Positions 39,880 to 52,844 are shown, counted from the stretch's first letter. The stretch: 64,000 bases of DNA from Bacteroidales bacterium (GCA_017446025.1 JAFSRR010000082.1:11027-75026), one strand, 5' to 3'. The notes: generated by a model not told the origin, from the sequence alone. Translations and numbers: made by a program.

Positions 39880-40995
39880 TTATTGGACCAGCACCCAGGC
39901 TTTGGCATAGCGGGGATGCTCGCTTCGGAAGGCTGGCAAACTGGCCACGGCCTCCAGGCGTGAGCTGTAGGCTGTCACATAGACACGGTAATGCTCCGCT
40001 CCGACAGCGACGCCGACCTCGGGAAAACTGTCCCGCAACTGACGGCGTTCGATGTATCGACGCGCCGAGTTTTCATCGGGAAAACTGGCAATCACAATCA
40101 GGTATTGTTTGGAACTCCCTTTCGAGGGTGTTTTCACAGTCTGGGCTGCTTGAGTTGTCCGGGGTGTCTGAGTTGTCCGGGCAGCCACAGTGGTCTCAGA
40201 CGGTGTCACCGTGGTCGCGGGCTCAGCCGCAGGCTCGACAGCAGGATCGGCAACAGGCTCCAATGCAGGCTCAGGTTCAGCCGCAGGAACAGCAACAGGC
40301 TCAGCCACAGGAACGTCCGCAGGAGAAGATTCAGGCATGGCAGATTCCATCTCAATATTGTCGGCCACAGGTACCCGGGCCAGCATATCGGTATCGACGC
40401 CCAGCACGGAAGCCTGGTTAAGGTTGTAGCCCGCCCGGTTCAAAGGCTGTGAACCGAAAAACAGGATCAGCAGCACAGCAGCGGCAGCAGCGGCAGCCCA
40501 ATGGCCCCATTGGGCCACCAGGGAAGGCTGGCGGGAGGCCTCCGAGGGCTCCTTCCTAACAGGGGAAGATACCGGCCTGGCCACCGAACAAGGAATCGCC
40601 TTCAGCCCGAAAAGCGCAGGCGACAGGACATTCCCGCCCTGTGGCAGGAACGTCAGGGCTTCCTCCTCATTCAAATGCATCGTGCCGAGTTGCCCCAGGC
40701 TCACATACCGGCCTTCGGCCATCTGGTCGCGCAGGAGGGCCACGGCCTCACGGATGCGCTGGTTGGCCGCTTCGAAAGACAGGCCGAAACCGGCCTGATA
40801 GGCCGCCGTTAGCAGACCGTCGTTGAAATCGAGCCGGGCATTGAAACTCAACTGACGGCTGCGGGGATGGAATATTTCCCGCTCCGGATCGTAGCAAGCT
40901 TCCGATTCCTGCTGGATAAAACCGCCCAAACCGGGCACGACCACGCAGTCATGCTCGGCGAGCAACCCTTCCAGTTTTTCAATCAGTACCTGCAT
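39880..40995 (-). CDS. HU/CCDC81-like N-terminal domain, TM helix and SPOR domain protein
   Basis: HDCVVVPGLGGF, FN..L..NDGLL, LGQLGT; TM; Pro/Ala/Glu linker; YLIVIASF...YRVY...AWV. Confidence 0.85.
   Translation of the reverse strand: MQVLIEKLEGLLAEHDCVVVPGLGGFIQQESEACYDPEREIFHPRSRQLSFNARLDFNDGLLTAAYQAGFGLSFEAANQRIREAVALLRDQMAEGRYVSLGQLGTMHLNEEEALTFLPQGGNVLSPALFGLKAIPCSVARPVSSPVRKEPSEASRQPSLVAQWGHWAAAAAAAVLLILFFGSQPLNRAGYNLNQASVLGVDTDMLARVPVADNIEMESAMPESSPADVPVAEPVAVPAAEPEPALEPVADPAVEPAAEPATTVTPSETTVAARTTQTPRTTQAAQTVKTPSKGSSKQYLIVIASFPDENSARRYIERRQLRDSFPEVGVAVGAEHYRVYVTAYSSRLEAVASLPAFRSEHPRYAKAWVLVQ
40140..40330 (-). repeat. Low-complexity coding repeats in the SPOR protein linker
   Basis: (E/D/V)P(V/A)A tetrapeptide repeats; TGAGTTGTCCGGG at 40151 and 40169 (RTTQ twice). 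Confidence 0.7.
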
Positions 40996-41007
40996 CCGAA
41001 AAGCAAG

Positions 41008-41054
41008 AAAAAGGGAGAATCCCCGAACACTCGATGATTCAGGCGATTCTCCCT
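41008..41054 (-). terminator. Intrinsic terminator after pgk
   Basis: AGGGAGAATC/GATTCTCCCT stem with an adjacent A-run. Confidence 0.7.
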
Positions 41055-41067
41055 ATAAATGATCCAA

Positions 41068-42324
41068 TTAGCCCTGGATGGCCTTGATGCCGGGAAGCAC
41101 CTTGCCTTCGATGGCTTCCAAAAGGGCACCGCCACCCGTTGAGACGTAGCTCACTTTGTCGGCCAGGCCGAACTTGTTGACACAGGCTACCGAGTCGCCA
41201 CCGCCTACCAACGAGAAAGCGCCCTTGGCCGTAGCCTCTACGATAGCTTCTGCAACAGCCTTGGAACCAGCAGCGAAGTTGTCGAATTCAAAGACGCCGG
41301 CAGGACCGTTCCACAGGATGGTCTTGGAGTTCTTGATCACCTCGGCGAAGATCTTCATGGTCTTGGGGCCGATGTCCATGCCTTCCCAACCATCGGGAAT
41401 GTCGTTGACCCCGGCATAAGCCGTCTTGGCATCGTTGCTGAAGCTGTCACCGATCTTGGAATCCACGGCCAGCACCAGGTTGACACCGTTTTCCTTGGCC
41501 TTCTTCATGATGTCGAGCGCCAGGTCCAGCTTGTCGTCCTCGCAGATGGAGGTACCGATCTTGCCACCCATGGCCTTGCTGAAGGTGTAGGTCATACCGC
41601 CCGTCAGGATCAGGTTGTCGACCTTGCCCAGCAGGTTCTCGATGATGTCGATCTTGGTCGATACCTTCGAACCGCCCATGATGGCCGTGAAAGGACGGAC
41701 CATGTTTTCCATCACCTTCTCGACGGCGACGACTTCCTTGTTCATCAGGTAACCGAACATCTTGTGGTCGGCATCGAAATAATCGGCGATCAAAGCCGTG
41801 GAAGCGTGGGCACGGTGGGCCGTACCGAAAGCGTCGTTGACATAGCAGTCGGCATAGGAAGCCAACTTCTTGGTGAAAGCTTTCTGGCTTTCCTTGACAG
41901 CCTTCTTGGCGGCAGCCTTTTCCTCGTCGGTGGCATCATCGGCCAGTCCTCTGGGCTTGCCTTCTTCCTCGGCGTAGAAGCGGAGGTTTTCAAGCAGCAG
42001 GGCCTGACCCGGCTTGAGGGCTGCCACCTGGGCATCGGCCTGCTGGCAGTCCGGAGCAAAAGCCACGGGCACACCCAAGCACTCGGAAACATGGTCAAGA
42101 ATGGATTTCAGGGAATATTTGGGATCGGGGTTCTTCTTGGGACGACCCATGTGCGAACCGATAATCAGCATACCGCCGTCTTTGATGATCTTCTTCAGCG
42201 TCGGCATGGCGGCGCGGATACGGGTATCATCCGTGATTTTCAGATTTTCGTCGAGGGGCACGTTGAAGTCCACCCGGACAAAAGCTTTCTTTCCAGCAAA
42301 ATTGAATTTGTCAAGAGTCTGCAT
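41068..42324 (-). CDS. pgk: Phosphoglycerate kinase
   Basis: [42 protein letters not shown]. Confidence 0.98.
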   Translation of the reverse strand: MQTLDKFNFAGKKAFVRVDFNVPLDENLKITDDTRIRAAMPTLKKIIKDGGMLIIGSHMGRPKKNPDPKYSLKSILDHVSECLGVPVAFAPDCQQADAQVAALKPGQALLLENLRFYAEEEGKPRGLADDATDEEKAAAKKAVKESQKAFTKKLASYADCYVNDAFGTAHRAHASTALIADYFDADHKMFGYLMNKEVVAVEKVMENMVRPFTAIMGGSKVSTKIDIIENLLGKVDNLILTGGMTYTFSKAMGGKIGTSICEDDKLDLALDIMKKAKENGVNLVLAVDSKIGDSFSNDAKTAYAGVNDIPDGWEGMDIGPKTMKIFAEVIKNSKTILWNGPAGVFEFDNFAAGSKAVAEAIVEATAKGAFSLVGGGDSVACVNKFGLADKVSYVSTGGGALLEAIEGKVLPGIKAIQG

Positions 42325-42437
42325 AATAGATTGTATATTAGATTGTTAAATAATTCTTTAAATCAATTTCCCCTCTATGGGAAACACAGGCGAATATACG
42401 AAATAATCCAGCGTCCACCAAAGGGAAAACCGGAAAA

Positions 42438-44522
42438 CTACTTCAAATATTTGTCCAGCCAGGCGAAATAGGTCCGCTGCCACAGAATGGCGTTCTGAGG
42501 CTTGAGAATCCAGTGGTTCTCGTCGGGGAAGACCAGCAACTGGGCATCCAGTCCGCGCAGCTTGGCGGCATCGAAGGCAGCCATGCCCTGCGAAGCCAGG
42601 ATGCGGAAGTCCTTCTCGCCATGAATGCAGAGAATGGGGGTATCCCACTTGTCCACGAAGCGATGGGGGGAATTGGCAAACGAACGCTGGGCCACGGCAT
42701 TGCCCTTGTCCCAATAGGCACCGCCCAGGTCCCAGTTGACAAACCACATCCCCTCGGTTTCGACATACTGCTGTTCGAGGTTGAAGATGCCGCTGTGAGC
42801 AATGAAAGCCTTGAAGCGCTTGTCGTGGTTGCCGGCCAGCCAATAGACCGAGAAACCGCCGTAGGAAGCCCCCACGCAGCCCAGATGGTCCTCATCGACA
42901 TAGGGTTCGGCGCTGACGGCGTCGATGGCCGAGAGATAGTCTTTCATGTTCTGGCCGCCGTAGTCGCCGCTGATCTGCTCAAGCCATTCCTGGCCGAATC
43001 CGGGCAGACCGCGCCGGTTGGGAGCCACGATGATATAGCCCTGGGCAGCCATCAACTGGAAATTCCAGCGATACGACCAGAACTGGCTGACGGGACTCTG
43101 CGGACCGCCCTCGCAGAACAGTAGGGCGGGATATTTTTTGGCGGGATCGAAATGAGGCGGATAGATGACCCAGACCAGCATCTGCTTGTGATCGGTGGTC
43201 TCCACCCAGCGCTCCTCCACCCGGCCCGTGGCGAGCTGGGCGAAAATATCGTCGTTCTCGTGCGTGATGACCGTCATCTCGCCACTGGCGGGATCGATGC
43301 GGACCACCTCGTTGGGGCGCGACATGCTGTGACGCAGGCCCACCAGGCAGTCGGCAGCCGGCAAGGCGTTGTCAAAGTCATAGACGCCCTGGGTGATCTG
43401 ACGGATGTCACCCGAAGCCAGGCTCAGTTCATAGACATGGGTGCGGCCATGCCAGACACTGGTGAAATAGATACGGCTGTCATCGGCCGACCAAGCCAGC
43501 GAAGAAGCTTCCTGGTCGAAAGAGGCCGTATAGTCGGTCATGGATTTCGTTTCGCTGTCATAGACCATCAGGCGGTTCTTGTCGGATTCGTAGCCGTCGC
43601 GGGCCATGCTCGAGAAGGCAATATAGCGGCCCGAGTGCGAGAACAGCGGGTTGGTATCGTAGCCGCCCATGCCCTGGGTAAGGTTTTCGGTGCGGAAATC
43701 CTCTTCCACATAGCACAGGTAGATGTCGGAATTGGTCGAGACGGCATAGTCCAGCCCGGTTTTCTTGCGGCAGGTATAGGCCACCACCTTGCTGTCGGGG
43801 CTCCAGGCCAGCTGCTCGATGCCGCCGAAGGGCTTCATGGGCGATTCGTATGGCTCGCCTTCCAGCAAATCGTGGATATTTTCCAGTTTTCCCTCCTTGA
43901 AATCGGCCACAAAGGGATGGGGTATGCTCTCCACCCATTCATCCCAATGCTTGTACATCAAATCATTGATGACACGACCGCTGGCCTTGTCCAGGTCGGG
44001 ATAGAGATCCTGGGCTGTCTGCCCGTATTTCACCTGGGCGACGAACAACAGCCGCTGGCCGTCCGGGGAGAAGGCATAGGCTTCGATGTCCTTGTCGTAG
44101 TGGGTGAGCTGACGGCGTCCCTTGCCCTCGGCCGTCATTTCCCAGAGCTGCATGGAGCCGGAAGCTGCCGAAAGGAAATAAATCTTCTTGCCATCGGCCG
44201 ACCAGGTGGCTGACTGCTCCGACTGGGGAGTCTGCGTGAGCTGACGCACCTGACTGCCGTCGCACGAGGCAACGAACAAGTCGCGATTGCCCTTGTTCTC
44301 GGGCACACTGTAATAAGAAACTCCGTAGAGCACTTCCTGCCCGTCGGGAGATACCTGGATGTCGGAGACACGACCCATCTGCCAGAGCACTTCGGGCGTC
44401 ATCAGGTCGGAATCCAGCTTGGCGTTGCTCTTGCCGATATTCACGCAAGAAGCATCCTGTTTGTTGCCACAGGAAGAAAGCAATGCAGCTGCAGCCATCA
44501 GAAGGAAAAAATTTTTAGTCAT
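42438..44522 (-). CDS. S9 family peptidase lipoprotein (dipeptidyl-peptidase 5-like)
   Basis: Lipobox LLSSC, beta-propeller repeats, GASYGG nucleophile, HGEKDFR, PDENHW. Confidence 0.9.
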   Translation of the reverse strand: MTKNFFLLMAAAALLSSCGNKQDASCVNIGKSNAKLDSDLMTPEVLWQMGRVSDIQVSPDGQEVLYGVSYYSVPENKGNRDLFVASCDGSQVRQLTQTPQSEQSATWSADGKKIYFLSAASGSMQLWEMTAEGKGRRQLTHYDKDIEAYAFSPDGQRLLFVAQVKYGQTAQDLYPDLDKASGRVINDLMYKHWDEWVESIPHPFVADFKEGKLENIHDLLEGEPYESPMKPFGGIEQLAWSPDSKVVAYTCRKKTGLDYAVSTNSDIYLCYVEEDFRTENLTQGMGGYDTNPLFSHSGRYIAFSSMARDGYESDKNRLMVYDSETKSMTDYTASFDQEASSLAWSADDSRIYFTSVWHGRTHVYELSLASGDIRQITQGVYDFDNALPAADCLVGLRHSMSRPNEVVRIDPASGEMTVITHENDDIFAQLATGRVEERWVETTDHKQMLVWVIYPPHFDPAKKYPALLFCEGGPQSPVSQFWSYRWNFQLMAAQGYIIVAPNRRGLPGFGQEWLEQISGDYGGQNMKDYLSAIDAVSAEPYVDEDHLGCVGASYGGFSVYWLAGNHDKRFKAFIAHSGIFNLEQQYVETEGMWFVNWDLGGAYWDKGNAVAQRSFANSPHRFVDKWDTPILCIHGEKDFRILASQGMAAFDAAKLRGLDAQLLVFPDENHWILKPQNAILWQRTYFAWLDKYLK

Positions 44523-44545
44523 AGTTGTCTGTTGTATTTACAGAT

Positions 44546-44574
44546 AAAAAATGCCGGTCAACTGCACCGGCATT
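44546..44574 (-). terminator. Intrinsic terminator after bamD-rpoZ-DUF4293
   Basis: AATGCCGGT/ACCGGCATT stem with an A6 run. Confidence 0.75.
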
Positions 44575-44580
44575 CAATTC

Positions 44581-45042
44581 CTAACGGATTCTCTCATAGG
44601 CCCTCACTTTCTTCTCGTCATTGAGTATGGCGTTCATGGCCAAGAACTCGAGTATGAGGGAGACAAAAGGAAGGGATATGCCGAAATTGAGTCCAAAAGA
44701 AGCATCCAGACGCCGCACCGTGACCCATAGGAAGACGAGGTAGGCCAAATAGAAGCCTATCAAGGCCAGCAGGTTGAAGATGCAAAACCTGACCTGGGTG
44801 AGCCGCTTGCGATAGAAGAACACGGCCACCAGGCTCGAGGCGATGCATACGGCCAGTATGGCCCCCAAGCCCCAGAACGAGATGGAAGCATTGCCCTCAC
44901 CGACACGCTGTGCCACCGAAAAAGCCTCATACGAATAGACCGTGCCCTCAGCGCTGAAGAAAGTTCCCCAAGGCAGATAGAGCGCGGCCACCATGGCGGC
45001 TATGGCCAGCAGCAGGTACAATGTCTGTATACGCTGGATCAT
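44581..45042 (-). CDS. DUF4293 membrane protein
   Basis: MIQRIQTLYL start, R.TQ.R, AI..DEK.V.A.ERIR end, 4 TM. Confidence 0.9.
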   Translation of the reverse strand: MIQRIQTLYLLLAIAAMVAALYLPWGTFFSAEGTVYSYEAFSVAQRVGEGNASISFWGLGAILAVCIASSLVAVFFYRKRLTQVRFCIFNLLALIGFYLAYLVFLWVTVRRLDASFGLNFGISLPFVSLILEFLAMNAILNDEKKVRAYERIR

Positions 45043-45371
45043 TATTTCTTGACTTTGTCTTTCAACGGATTGCGATAATAAATCTTACCCTCGATGTATT
45101 CCTGGGTGGCAATCAGCGTCGGCTTCGGTAATTTTTCATAGTAGCGGGAAATCTCGATCTGTTCACGATTCTCGAAGACTTCTTCCAGGTTGTCGGTGTA
45201 GGGAGCGAATTCCTGCAGTTTCTTTTCCAGTTCCGTCTTGATGTCAACGCTGATCTGGTTGGCGCGCTTTGCAATCACGGAGACCACTTCGTAAACGTTT
45301 TCATCACCCACCATCGACTGGATGTCGCGGGTCTGGGTATTGGTAGGAGCTACTGTTTTTTTGTAATCCAT
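45042..45371 (-). CDS. rpoZ: RNA polymerase omega subunit (Bacteroidota type)
   Basis: NVYE..IAKRANQI, LEEVFENREQIEISRYYEKLPKP. Confidence 0.92.
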   Translation of the reverse strand: MDYKKTVAPTNTQTRDIQSMVGDENVYEVVSVIAKRANQISVDIKTELEKKLQEFAPYTDNLEEVFENREQIEISRYYEKLPKPTLIATQEYIEGKIYYRNPLKDKVKK

Positions 45372-45390
45372 AACTGTAATAATATTGATA

Positions 45391-46200
45391 TCAATTGTTT
45401 TCGCCTAGATAGGAACGAGCCTGGTCGAGCATTGCCTTGGCTTCCTTGGCGTATTTGCTATCCGGGTAGTCGTTCGTGAAACTATAGTACTCGTCCACCA
45501 CAGCGCGCATGCGTTCGGGAATCATCGCGGCCACGCTCTCACGCGCATAGGTAAAACGGGATTTGAGTATCAGGAAGGAGAAGTCCTCGCGGTAGACCGA
45601 CGAGGGGAAGTCACGCAGGGCGTTGTTGGCCGTGACGATGCAGGATTCATAGTTGTTGCCCATGAAGTTGCCCAGGTTATAATACAGCTGACAGTTGAGC
45701 AAGGCCTTGTAGGCCAGCTTTTCCATCAAAGTGTTGAGCATTTCTTCGGCTTCGGTGCGGTGTTCGCTCAAAGGATAGTATTCCAGAAAGACCGTCAACT
45801 CGTCCATGGCCTCGATGGTGCCCTCCTGCGACAGACGAGAATCGGGCGAGTTGATGAAGGCCGACTTGCCGGCCATGAAGCGGCATTCCTCCGTAAAGGT
45901 GCCCTTGGGGTAAGTCTTGTAATAGAGCTGGTACTGGGCCCCTGCGGAATAGTAGTCTTTGGTGCGGTAATAAGAGTTGGCCAGCATGTAGAGGCACTGC
46001 TCTGCCCGCTCCGTTCCCTTGTAAACAGCTTTCAATTCCTCCATCAGTTCGATGACGCGCTTGTACTTGCCCTGGTCGTAATATTCGTTCGCCTTGTTCC
46101 ATTTGGCGTCATAATCATTGCTCTTCTGGAGTTTGTAATACTCTCCACAAGATGATAATGCGCAGCATATCAACAAGATAAACAAATATCTGACTTTCAT
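45391..46200 (-). CDS. bamD: Outer membrane protein assembly factor BamD
   Basis: Start reassigned to MKVRY; lipobox LSSC; TPR-like helices; YP..S motifs; conserved position next to rpoZ. Confidence 0.88.
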   Translation of the reverse strand: MKVRYLFILLICCALSSCGEYYKLQKSNDYDAKWNKANEYYDQGKYKRVIELMEELKAVYKGTERAEQCLYMLANSYYRTKDYYSAGAQYQLYYKTYPKGTFTEECRFMAGKSAFINSPDSRLSQEGTIEAMDELTVFLEYYPLSEHRTEAEEMLNTLMEKLAYKALLNCQLYYNLGNFMGNNYESCIVTANNALRDFPSSVYREDFSFLILKSRFTYARESVAAMIPERMRAVVDEYYSFTNDYPDSKYAKEAKAMLDQARSYLGENN

Positions 46201-46325
46201 TTTGTTCGGTCGCAAAAAGTCCGCGAATTTACCAATTATCATATAATCTGTCAAGTGATTTGATTAAAATAATTCTGTCATGCAGTATTTTGACGGACAA
46301 GGGCCGCAAGTTGTAACAAAAGACT

Positions 46326-46333
46326 TACCTTTG
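46326..46333 (+). promoter_or_regulatory. -7 promoter element (TACCTTTG) for uvrB
   Basis: TAnnTTTG match 38 bp before the ATG. Confidence 0.65.
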
Positions 46334-46371
46334 CATCGAGGGTTTCAGGCCCTCCTGTTTTGCCCGTTCAC

Positions 46372-48371
<2,000 letters not shown>

Positions 48372-48375
<4 letters not shown>

Positions 48376-49853
48376 AACCGGAATCCCAGCGTAGCGACGA
48401 TGTTCAGGCTCTTGACATCCAACTTGGCATAGTTGGTGTAGGGATCGCCGTAATTGTCGGTGCGGGCATTGTAGAAGGGATGGAAATGCTCGCCACGCAT
48501 GCTGTAGGTGGCGGCCAGATCCAGGTACCAGCTGTCGAAGCGCAGGCCGCAGCCGCCCGCCAGCATGTCGGCACCACGGTCGATGCTGTACTGGGGCGTA
48601 TAGGTCGGAGTATGGATCTCAATGTTGTTGGTGATGACTTCCCCCCTGACGGGCGACATGTAATGGGCATAACCGCAACGGCCGCTGAAGACATCCGAGA
48701 AGCGCCATTCCAGTCCGACACGGAAGTTGAGGACATCGCGGAAATACGTGTGCACATCGGCCGAGATATCGTTATATACATAGCCGTAGGCATCCTTTTC
48801 CTGCATGGCCGAATAGAAAGTCTGGTCCAGATCGGCACTCAGGAAGCCCTTGCGACCCAGCTGCAAAGCGGCACTATAGACCATGCGGGTCGGAGTCTTC
48901 AGATGATAGGCATACGAGGAGAACTGGCCGTTGTTTGTCCTCTGGGTGGTGTTGTGCGTCACGTTGTCATAGACAATGCCTGTTGCCGTCATGGTGGTGG
49001 CCGTCACATCGACCAGATCGTAGTAGGTCGGTGTATGGACCGCCAGGCCCAGGCGCAGAGCCGCCGTCGGACGCAGGATCAGGCCGAACTTGGCGTTGAC
49101 GGCGTTGCCGCTGGTCCGCAAATCGTTGGACAGACGGAAATCGCCACCCAGCTCAAACACTTCCTGATAGTAGGTATCCAGACGATAGTTTATCGACTGC
49201 ACGCCGATGGCCATGCCGAAATAGACGAAATAGCCGTAGTTGAAGCCGAAACCGAAGTCCCAGACATCCGAACGGCCCGATTCCATCATGTACTGTTCGT
49301 TATCGACCGTTTCGTTGGCCGCCAGGATGGGATTGTAGGCATCATCCAGCATATAGGCCTTGTACATGAAGTCTTCCAGGCCGCTGCCCACTACCAGGTT
49401 GTCCAACAGGGAAACCGGACGGTTGACGCCCCGGACAGCCGTATGGCGGCTGAAATTCTTCAGGCGGTTGTAGCTGACAGCGAAATTGTAGTTGGCAAAG
49501 CCTTCTTCATTGTCCGTGCGATAGGCCGACACAAAACCGAAATTGGCCGGCATCGTGCGGGTTTTGCGGTCGGAAATGCCGACACCCGTCTCGCGGAAAT
49601 CAGCGGAAACACCCACCGAACTAAGTGCGTGGGTATAGGTCAGCTCGCCCGAGCGGTAGATACCCAGTCCGGCCGGGTTGATGGTCAGCGAAGTCATGTC
49701 GCCGCCCAAGGCGCCGAAAGCATTGGCCATACTCATGGCACGGGCCGTACCATAAGGTTCGGCCATCGAATATTTCAACAAATCGAAGGCTTCCTGGGCC
49801 TGTAGGTTCAGACCCAGGAAGACGACTGCCAGTATAATACAGATTCTTTTCAT
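48372..49853 (-). CDS. FadL/OmpP1-like outer membrane beta-barrel ('hemin receptor' family)
   Basis: Signal peptide, GTARAMSMANAFGALGGD..INPAGLG hatch motif, HTPT, C-terminal TLGFRF. Confidence 0.85.
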
Positions 49854-49898
49854 TGTCTGGTATGTGGTTACTTGGTTACATTAGTGGCAAACAGGGGC

Positions 49899-51443
49899 TT
49901 AGCGGCGACCGCTGGAAGAACCCGAAGAGGAACGACCACCCGAACTGCTCGAAGAGCCGCCGGAATAGCTGCTACCCGAAGAACGGCCCGAGGAACTCGA
50001 GGAGCTGCTGGACGAATAGCTGCTGGACGATCCGCTGGAGTAGCTCGACGAACTCGAACGGCTGCTGCTCGAAGAAGAGGAGCTCACCGAGGAGCGGCTG
50101 GAAGTCGACGCACTGGACGACCTGGTTGTGGCCGGAGCGGAGCTCGAAGAGGAGCGGACGCTGGTGCCCGTGCTGGCCCGGCTGGCAGACGAACTGCTGC
50201 TGGAGCGGGTACTCGAACTGGAGCTGCTCGTGCGGCCAGTGCTGCTGGAGCTCGAAGACGAACGCGGCGTAGTCGTCACCGTCGAACGGCTGGTGGAAGA
50301 AGAGCTGCGGCTGGAGCTGTTGCCCAGGATGCTGCGACCCGTGCTGGCCGATGAGTTCACCGAACTGCGGCCCGTCGTGGCCGTAGTGGCCGTCGAAGCC
50401 CTTCTACCCGTCGCGGTGTTGGCCGACGAAGAACGTCCTGCCGTGGTGCGGGTCGACGTCACAGCCGAGCGGCTGGAAGTCGTGGAAGCCGTGCGCAGGC
50501 TGCTGGCAGCGGAACGGTTGCCGGTGCCGGCCCGGCTGCCCGTAGCCACTTGTGTGGCGGAAGCCGTGGTCGTAGCCCTGCCCGAAGTCGTGCTGGAAGC
50601 CAGGCGCGGCAGTTCCACCTCGTTATATACCGCCGAGCGCGTTCTGGGACTGGCCGTGGTGGCACCCCGGGTCAAGGCACCCGTGGGACGGGCGGCATTG
50701 TGGTCGGAATGCGGACGGCGTTCGTTCAACGCATAGTGCGAGGGATGTCCCCAGAGGTCGTAAGGACCGTGATGACGGTGGTGATGGTAGCTGTAGTAAT
50801 GACGGGGATAATAGTAGTAGTCGTGATACCACGGATTATACCAGCCATAATACCAGGGATCGTAAGTGCCCCAATAGTACCAGTCGTGGTAGCTGTACCA
50901 GTAGTGACGGTAGCTGTAGGGACTGTAGTACCATGAATAGTAGGGACGATAGTAATAATCGTAGTACCAGGGGCTGGCCCAGCCGCTGTAATAGTAGTCG
51001 GGCTCGTCGTTGTCATAGTAGATGTTCAGCGTGGCGCCGTCTTCGACCAAGACATTCAGGTAACCGTCTTCGGTGACATGGGTGGTGAAATCCTTGTCAT
51101 AGAAGCGGCGGATGCGTTCGCTGTACTGATACTCCTGATAGGCCTCGTATTCCTCGGCACTGATCAGGACGGAATCAGGCTCGGCGGTGGTCGCTTCAGC
51201 ATTGAGGGCAGCCAGCGCCGAAGGACGGCGGTTGTATTCATCCACGTTGCGCGTGGAAGCAGTGTAAACCACCGGTTCCTCTACGGTCTGAGCCTCAGAT
51301 GCCGTGGCCAACATAGTCTTGGCCTGCTTTTTTGCATACTTGGGATGATAATAGAGATCATCGTCGTAAGACTGTGCATTGATGACATTCGGCCAGAACA
51401 AGCCTGTCAACAAAATTGTCAGCGTCAAAATCCTGGTTTTCAT
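49899..51443 (-). CDS. Secreted low-complexity protein (Tyr/Trp/His-rich core, Ser/Thr/Arg/Gly tail)
   Basis: Signal peptide MKTRIL..NAQ, YDDDLYY, DEYNRR, YSERIRRF motifs, tail ending SSSGRR. Confidence 0.8.
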   Translation of the reverse strand: MKTRILTLTILLTGLFWPNVINAQSYDDDLYYHPKYAKKQAKTMLATASEAQTVEEPVVYTASTRNVDEYNRRPSALAALNAEATTAEPDSVLISAEEYEAYQEYQYSERIRRFYDKDFTTHVTEDGYLNVLVEDGATLNIYYDNDEPDYYYSGWASPWYYDYYYRPYYSWYYSPYSYRHYWYSYHDWYYWGTYDPWYYGWYNPWYHDYYYYPRHYYSYHHHRHHGPYDLWGHPSHYALNERRPHSDHNAARPTGALTRGATTASPRTRSAVYNEVELPRLASSTTSGRATTTASATQVATGSRAGTGNRSAASSLRTASTTSSRSAVTSTRTTAGRSSSANTATGRRASTATTATTGRSSVNSSASTGRSILGNSSSRSSSSTSRSTVTTTPRSSSSSSSTGRTSSSSSSTRSSSSSSASRASTGTSVRSSSSSAPATTRSSSASTSSRSSVSSSSSSSSRSSSSSYSSGSSSSYSSSSSSSSSGRSSGSSYSGGSSSSSGGRSSSGSSSGRR

Positions 51444-51619
51444 AAGGCTCAATTATTAAAAGGTTATCGGTTTTCTGTTTTCTATCCCTTAGATGACTCA
51501 AAAGGCCGAAAGTAAACTGGCATTAAGTTGATTTAACTAAAAAGGGTCCGGAACCCGTTATTCAGCGGCAAGATACGAAGAAAAAACGGGATTCCGAGCA
51601 TGAACCGCGAAAAAAGCAC

Positions 51620-51627
51620 TAACTTTG
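51620..51627 (+). promoter_or_regulatory. -7 promoter element (TAACTTTG) for yggS
   Basis: TAnnTTTG match about 40 bp before the ATG. Confidence 0.6.
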
Positions 51628-51668
51628 TCCTTAATAAAAAGCGAGGCCAGTGCCCGCGCCACATCCAC

Positions 51669-52343
51669 ATGTCTGTCACGACCAACATACAGCAGCTGAA
51701 AGCCACCCTGCCCCCGCAGGTCGGGCTCATTGCCGTGTCCAAGTTCCAACCGGTCGAGAAGCTGCAGGAAGCCTACGAGGCAGGCCAGCGCCTTTTCGGC
51801 GAGAACCGCGCCCTGGAGATGCGTGACAAGCACTCCCTGCTGCCCCAGGACATCCAATGGCATTTCATCGGCCATCTGCAACGCAACAAAATCAAGTATA
51901 TCGCGCCCTTTGTCGCCATGATCCATTCGGTCGACAGCCCGGAGCTGCTCGAAGACATCGACCGGGCCGCTGAAAAAGCCGGCCGCACCATTCCCTGCCT
52001 TTTGCAGTTGCACATCGCCCGCGAAGAGACCAAATTCGGTTTCAGCCCGCAGGAAGCGCTCGACTACCTGGCCGGCGGCACGTGGCGGTCCCTGGAGCAC
52101 ATCCGCCTGTGCGGCATGATGGGCATGGCCACCTTCACCGACAACCAGGCCCAGGTACTCGAAGAGTTCGGGCTGTTGAAACAATGTTTCGATACGGCCA
52201 AAGAAAAATGGTTCGCCGCAGACGACGGTTTCCGCCACCTGTCCATGGGCATGTCCGATGATTATCCGCTGGCCATCCAGTGCGGCAGCACGATGGTACG
52301 CATCGGCACGGCTATCTTCGGCAGCCGGCCGCTCAATCCGTAA
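51669..52343 (+). CDS. yggS: YggS family PLP homeostasis protein
   Basis: IAVSK, FGEN, WHFIGHLQRNK, HSVDS, LSMGMS.DY, RIGTAIFG. Confidence 0.95.
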   Translation: MSVTTNIQQLKATLPPQVGLIAVSKFQPVEKLQEAYEAGQRLFGENRALEMRDKHSLLPQDIQWHFIGHLQRNKIKYIAPFVAMIHSVDSPELLEDIDRAAEKAGRTIPCLLQLHIAREETKFGFSPQEALDYLAGGTWRSLEHIRLCGMMGMATFTDNQAQVLEEFGLLKQCFDTAKEKWFAADDGFRHLSMGMSDDYPLAIQCGSTMVRIGTAIFGSRPLNP

Positions 52344-52785
52344 GCGGAATCTTCTCTATGCGGGTCTGGTGACGCCCGCCATCGAATTCAGTCTCAAGAA
52401 AGATCTCTATGATCTTGACGGCCGCTTCCTTGGAAATGAAACGGGCTGGCAGGCAGCACACATTGGCATCGTTGTGCTGACGGGCCAGGCGTGCGATGTC
52501 TTCCGACCAGCAGAGCGCCCCGCGGATTTGCTGATGTTTGTTGACCGTCATGCAAACGCCTTCGCCGCTGCCACAAATGGCAATACCGCAACGGCTCTCG
52601 CCTTCCTCGACCGATTCAGCCAGAGGATGGGCAAAATCAGCATAATCACAACTGTCAGGGGAATAGGTGCCAAAATTGATGAAAGGAATGTTCTTTTCCG
52701 TGAGCCAGTCACAAACAGCTTCCTTCAATTCATAACCCGCGTGGTCGCTACATACCGCCACCGGAACAGCATCGTCTGAATTCAT
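52333..52785 (-). CDS. rpiB: Ribose-5-phosphate isomerase B
   Basis: SDHAG, DYADF, ICGSG.G, HNDAN, FDGGRH..R. Confidence 0.95.
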   Translation of the reverse strand: MNSDDAVPVAVCSDHAGYELKEAVCDWLTEKNIPFINFGTYSPDSCDYADFAHPLAESVEEGESRCGIAICGSGEGVCMTVNKHQQIRGALCWSEDIARLARQHNDANVCCLPARFISKEAAVKIIEIFLETEFDGGRHQTRIEKIPLTD

Positions 52786-52811
52786 GTCTAATAATGTGAG
52801 ATTTGGAACCG

Positions 52812-52819
52812 CAAATATA
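52812..52819 (-). promoter_or_regulatory. -7 promoter element (TATATTTG) for rpiB
   Basis: TAnnTTTG match 26 bp upstream of the start. Confidence 0.6.
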
Positions 52820-52844
52820 CGAAGATTTTCTGTACTGCAAATAT

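Noticed and set aside
49899-50736. Repetitive GCTGCTGGA/GAACT-rich DNA and an antisense Leu/Glu/Val-rich ORF resembling a repeat array
   Set aside because: Explained by Ser/Thr/Arg codons of the minus-strand protein tail; no constant repeat-spacer period, so not CRISPR
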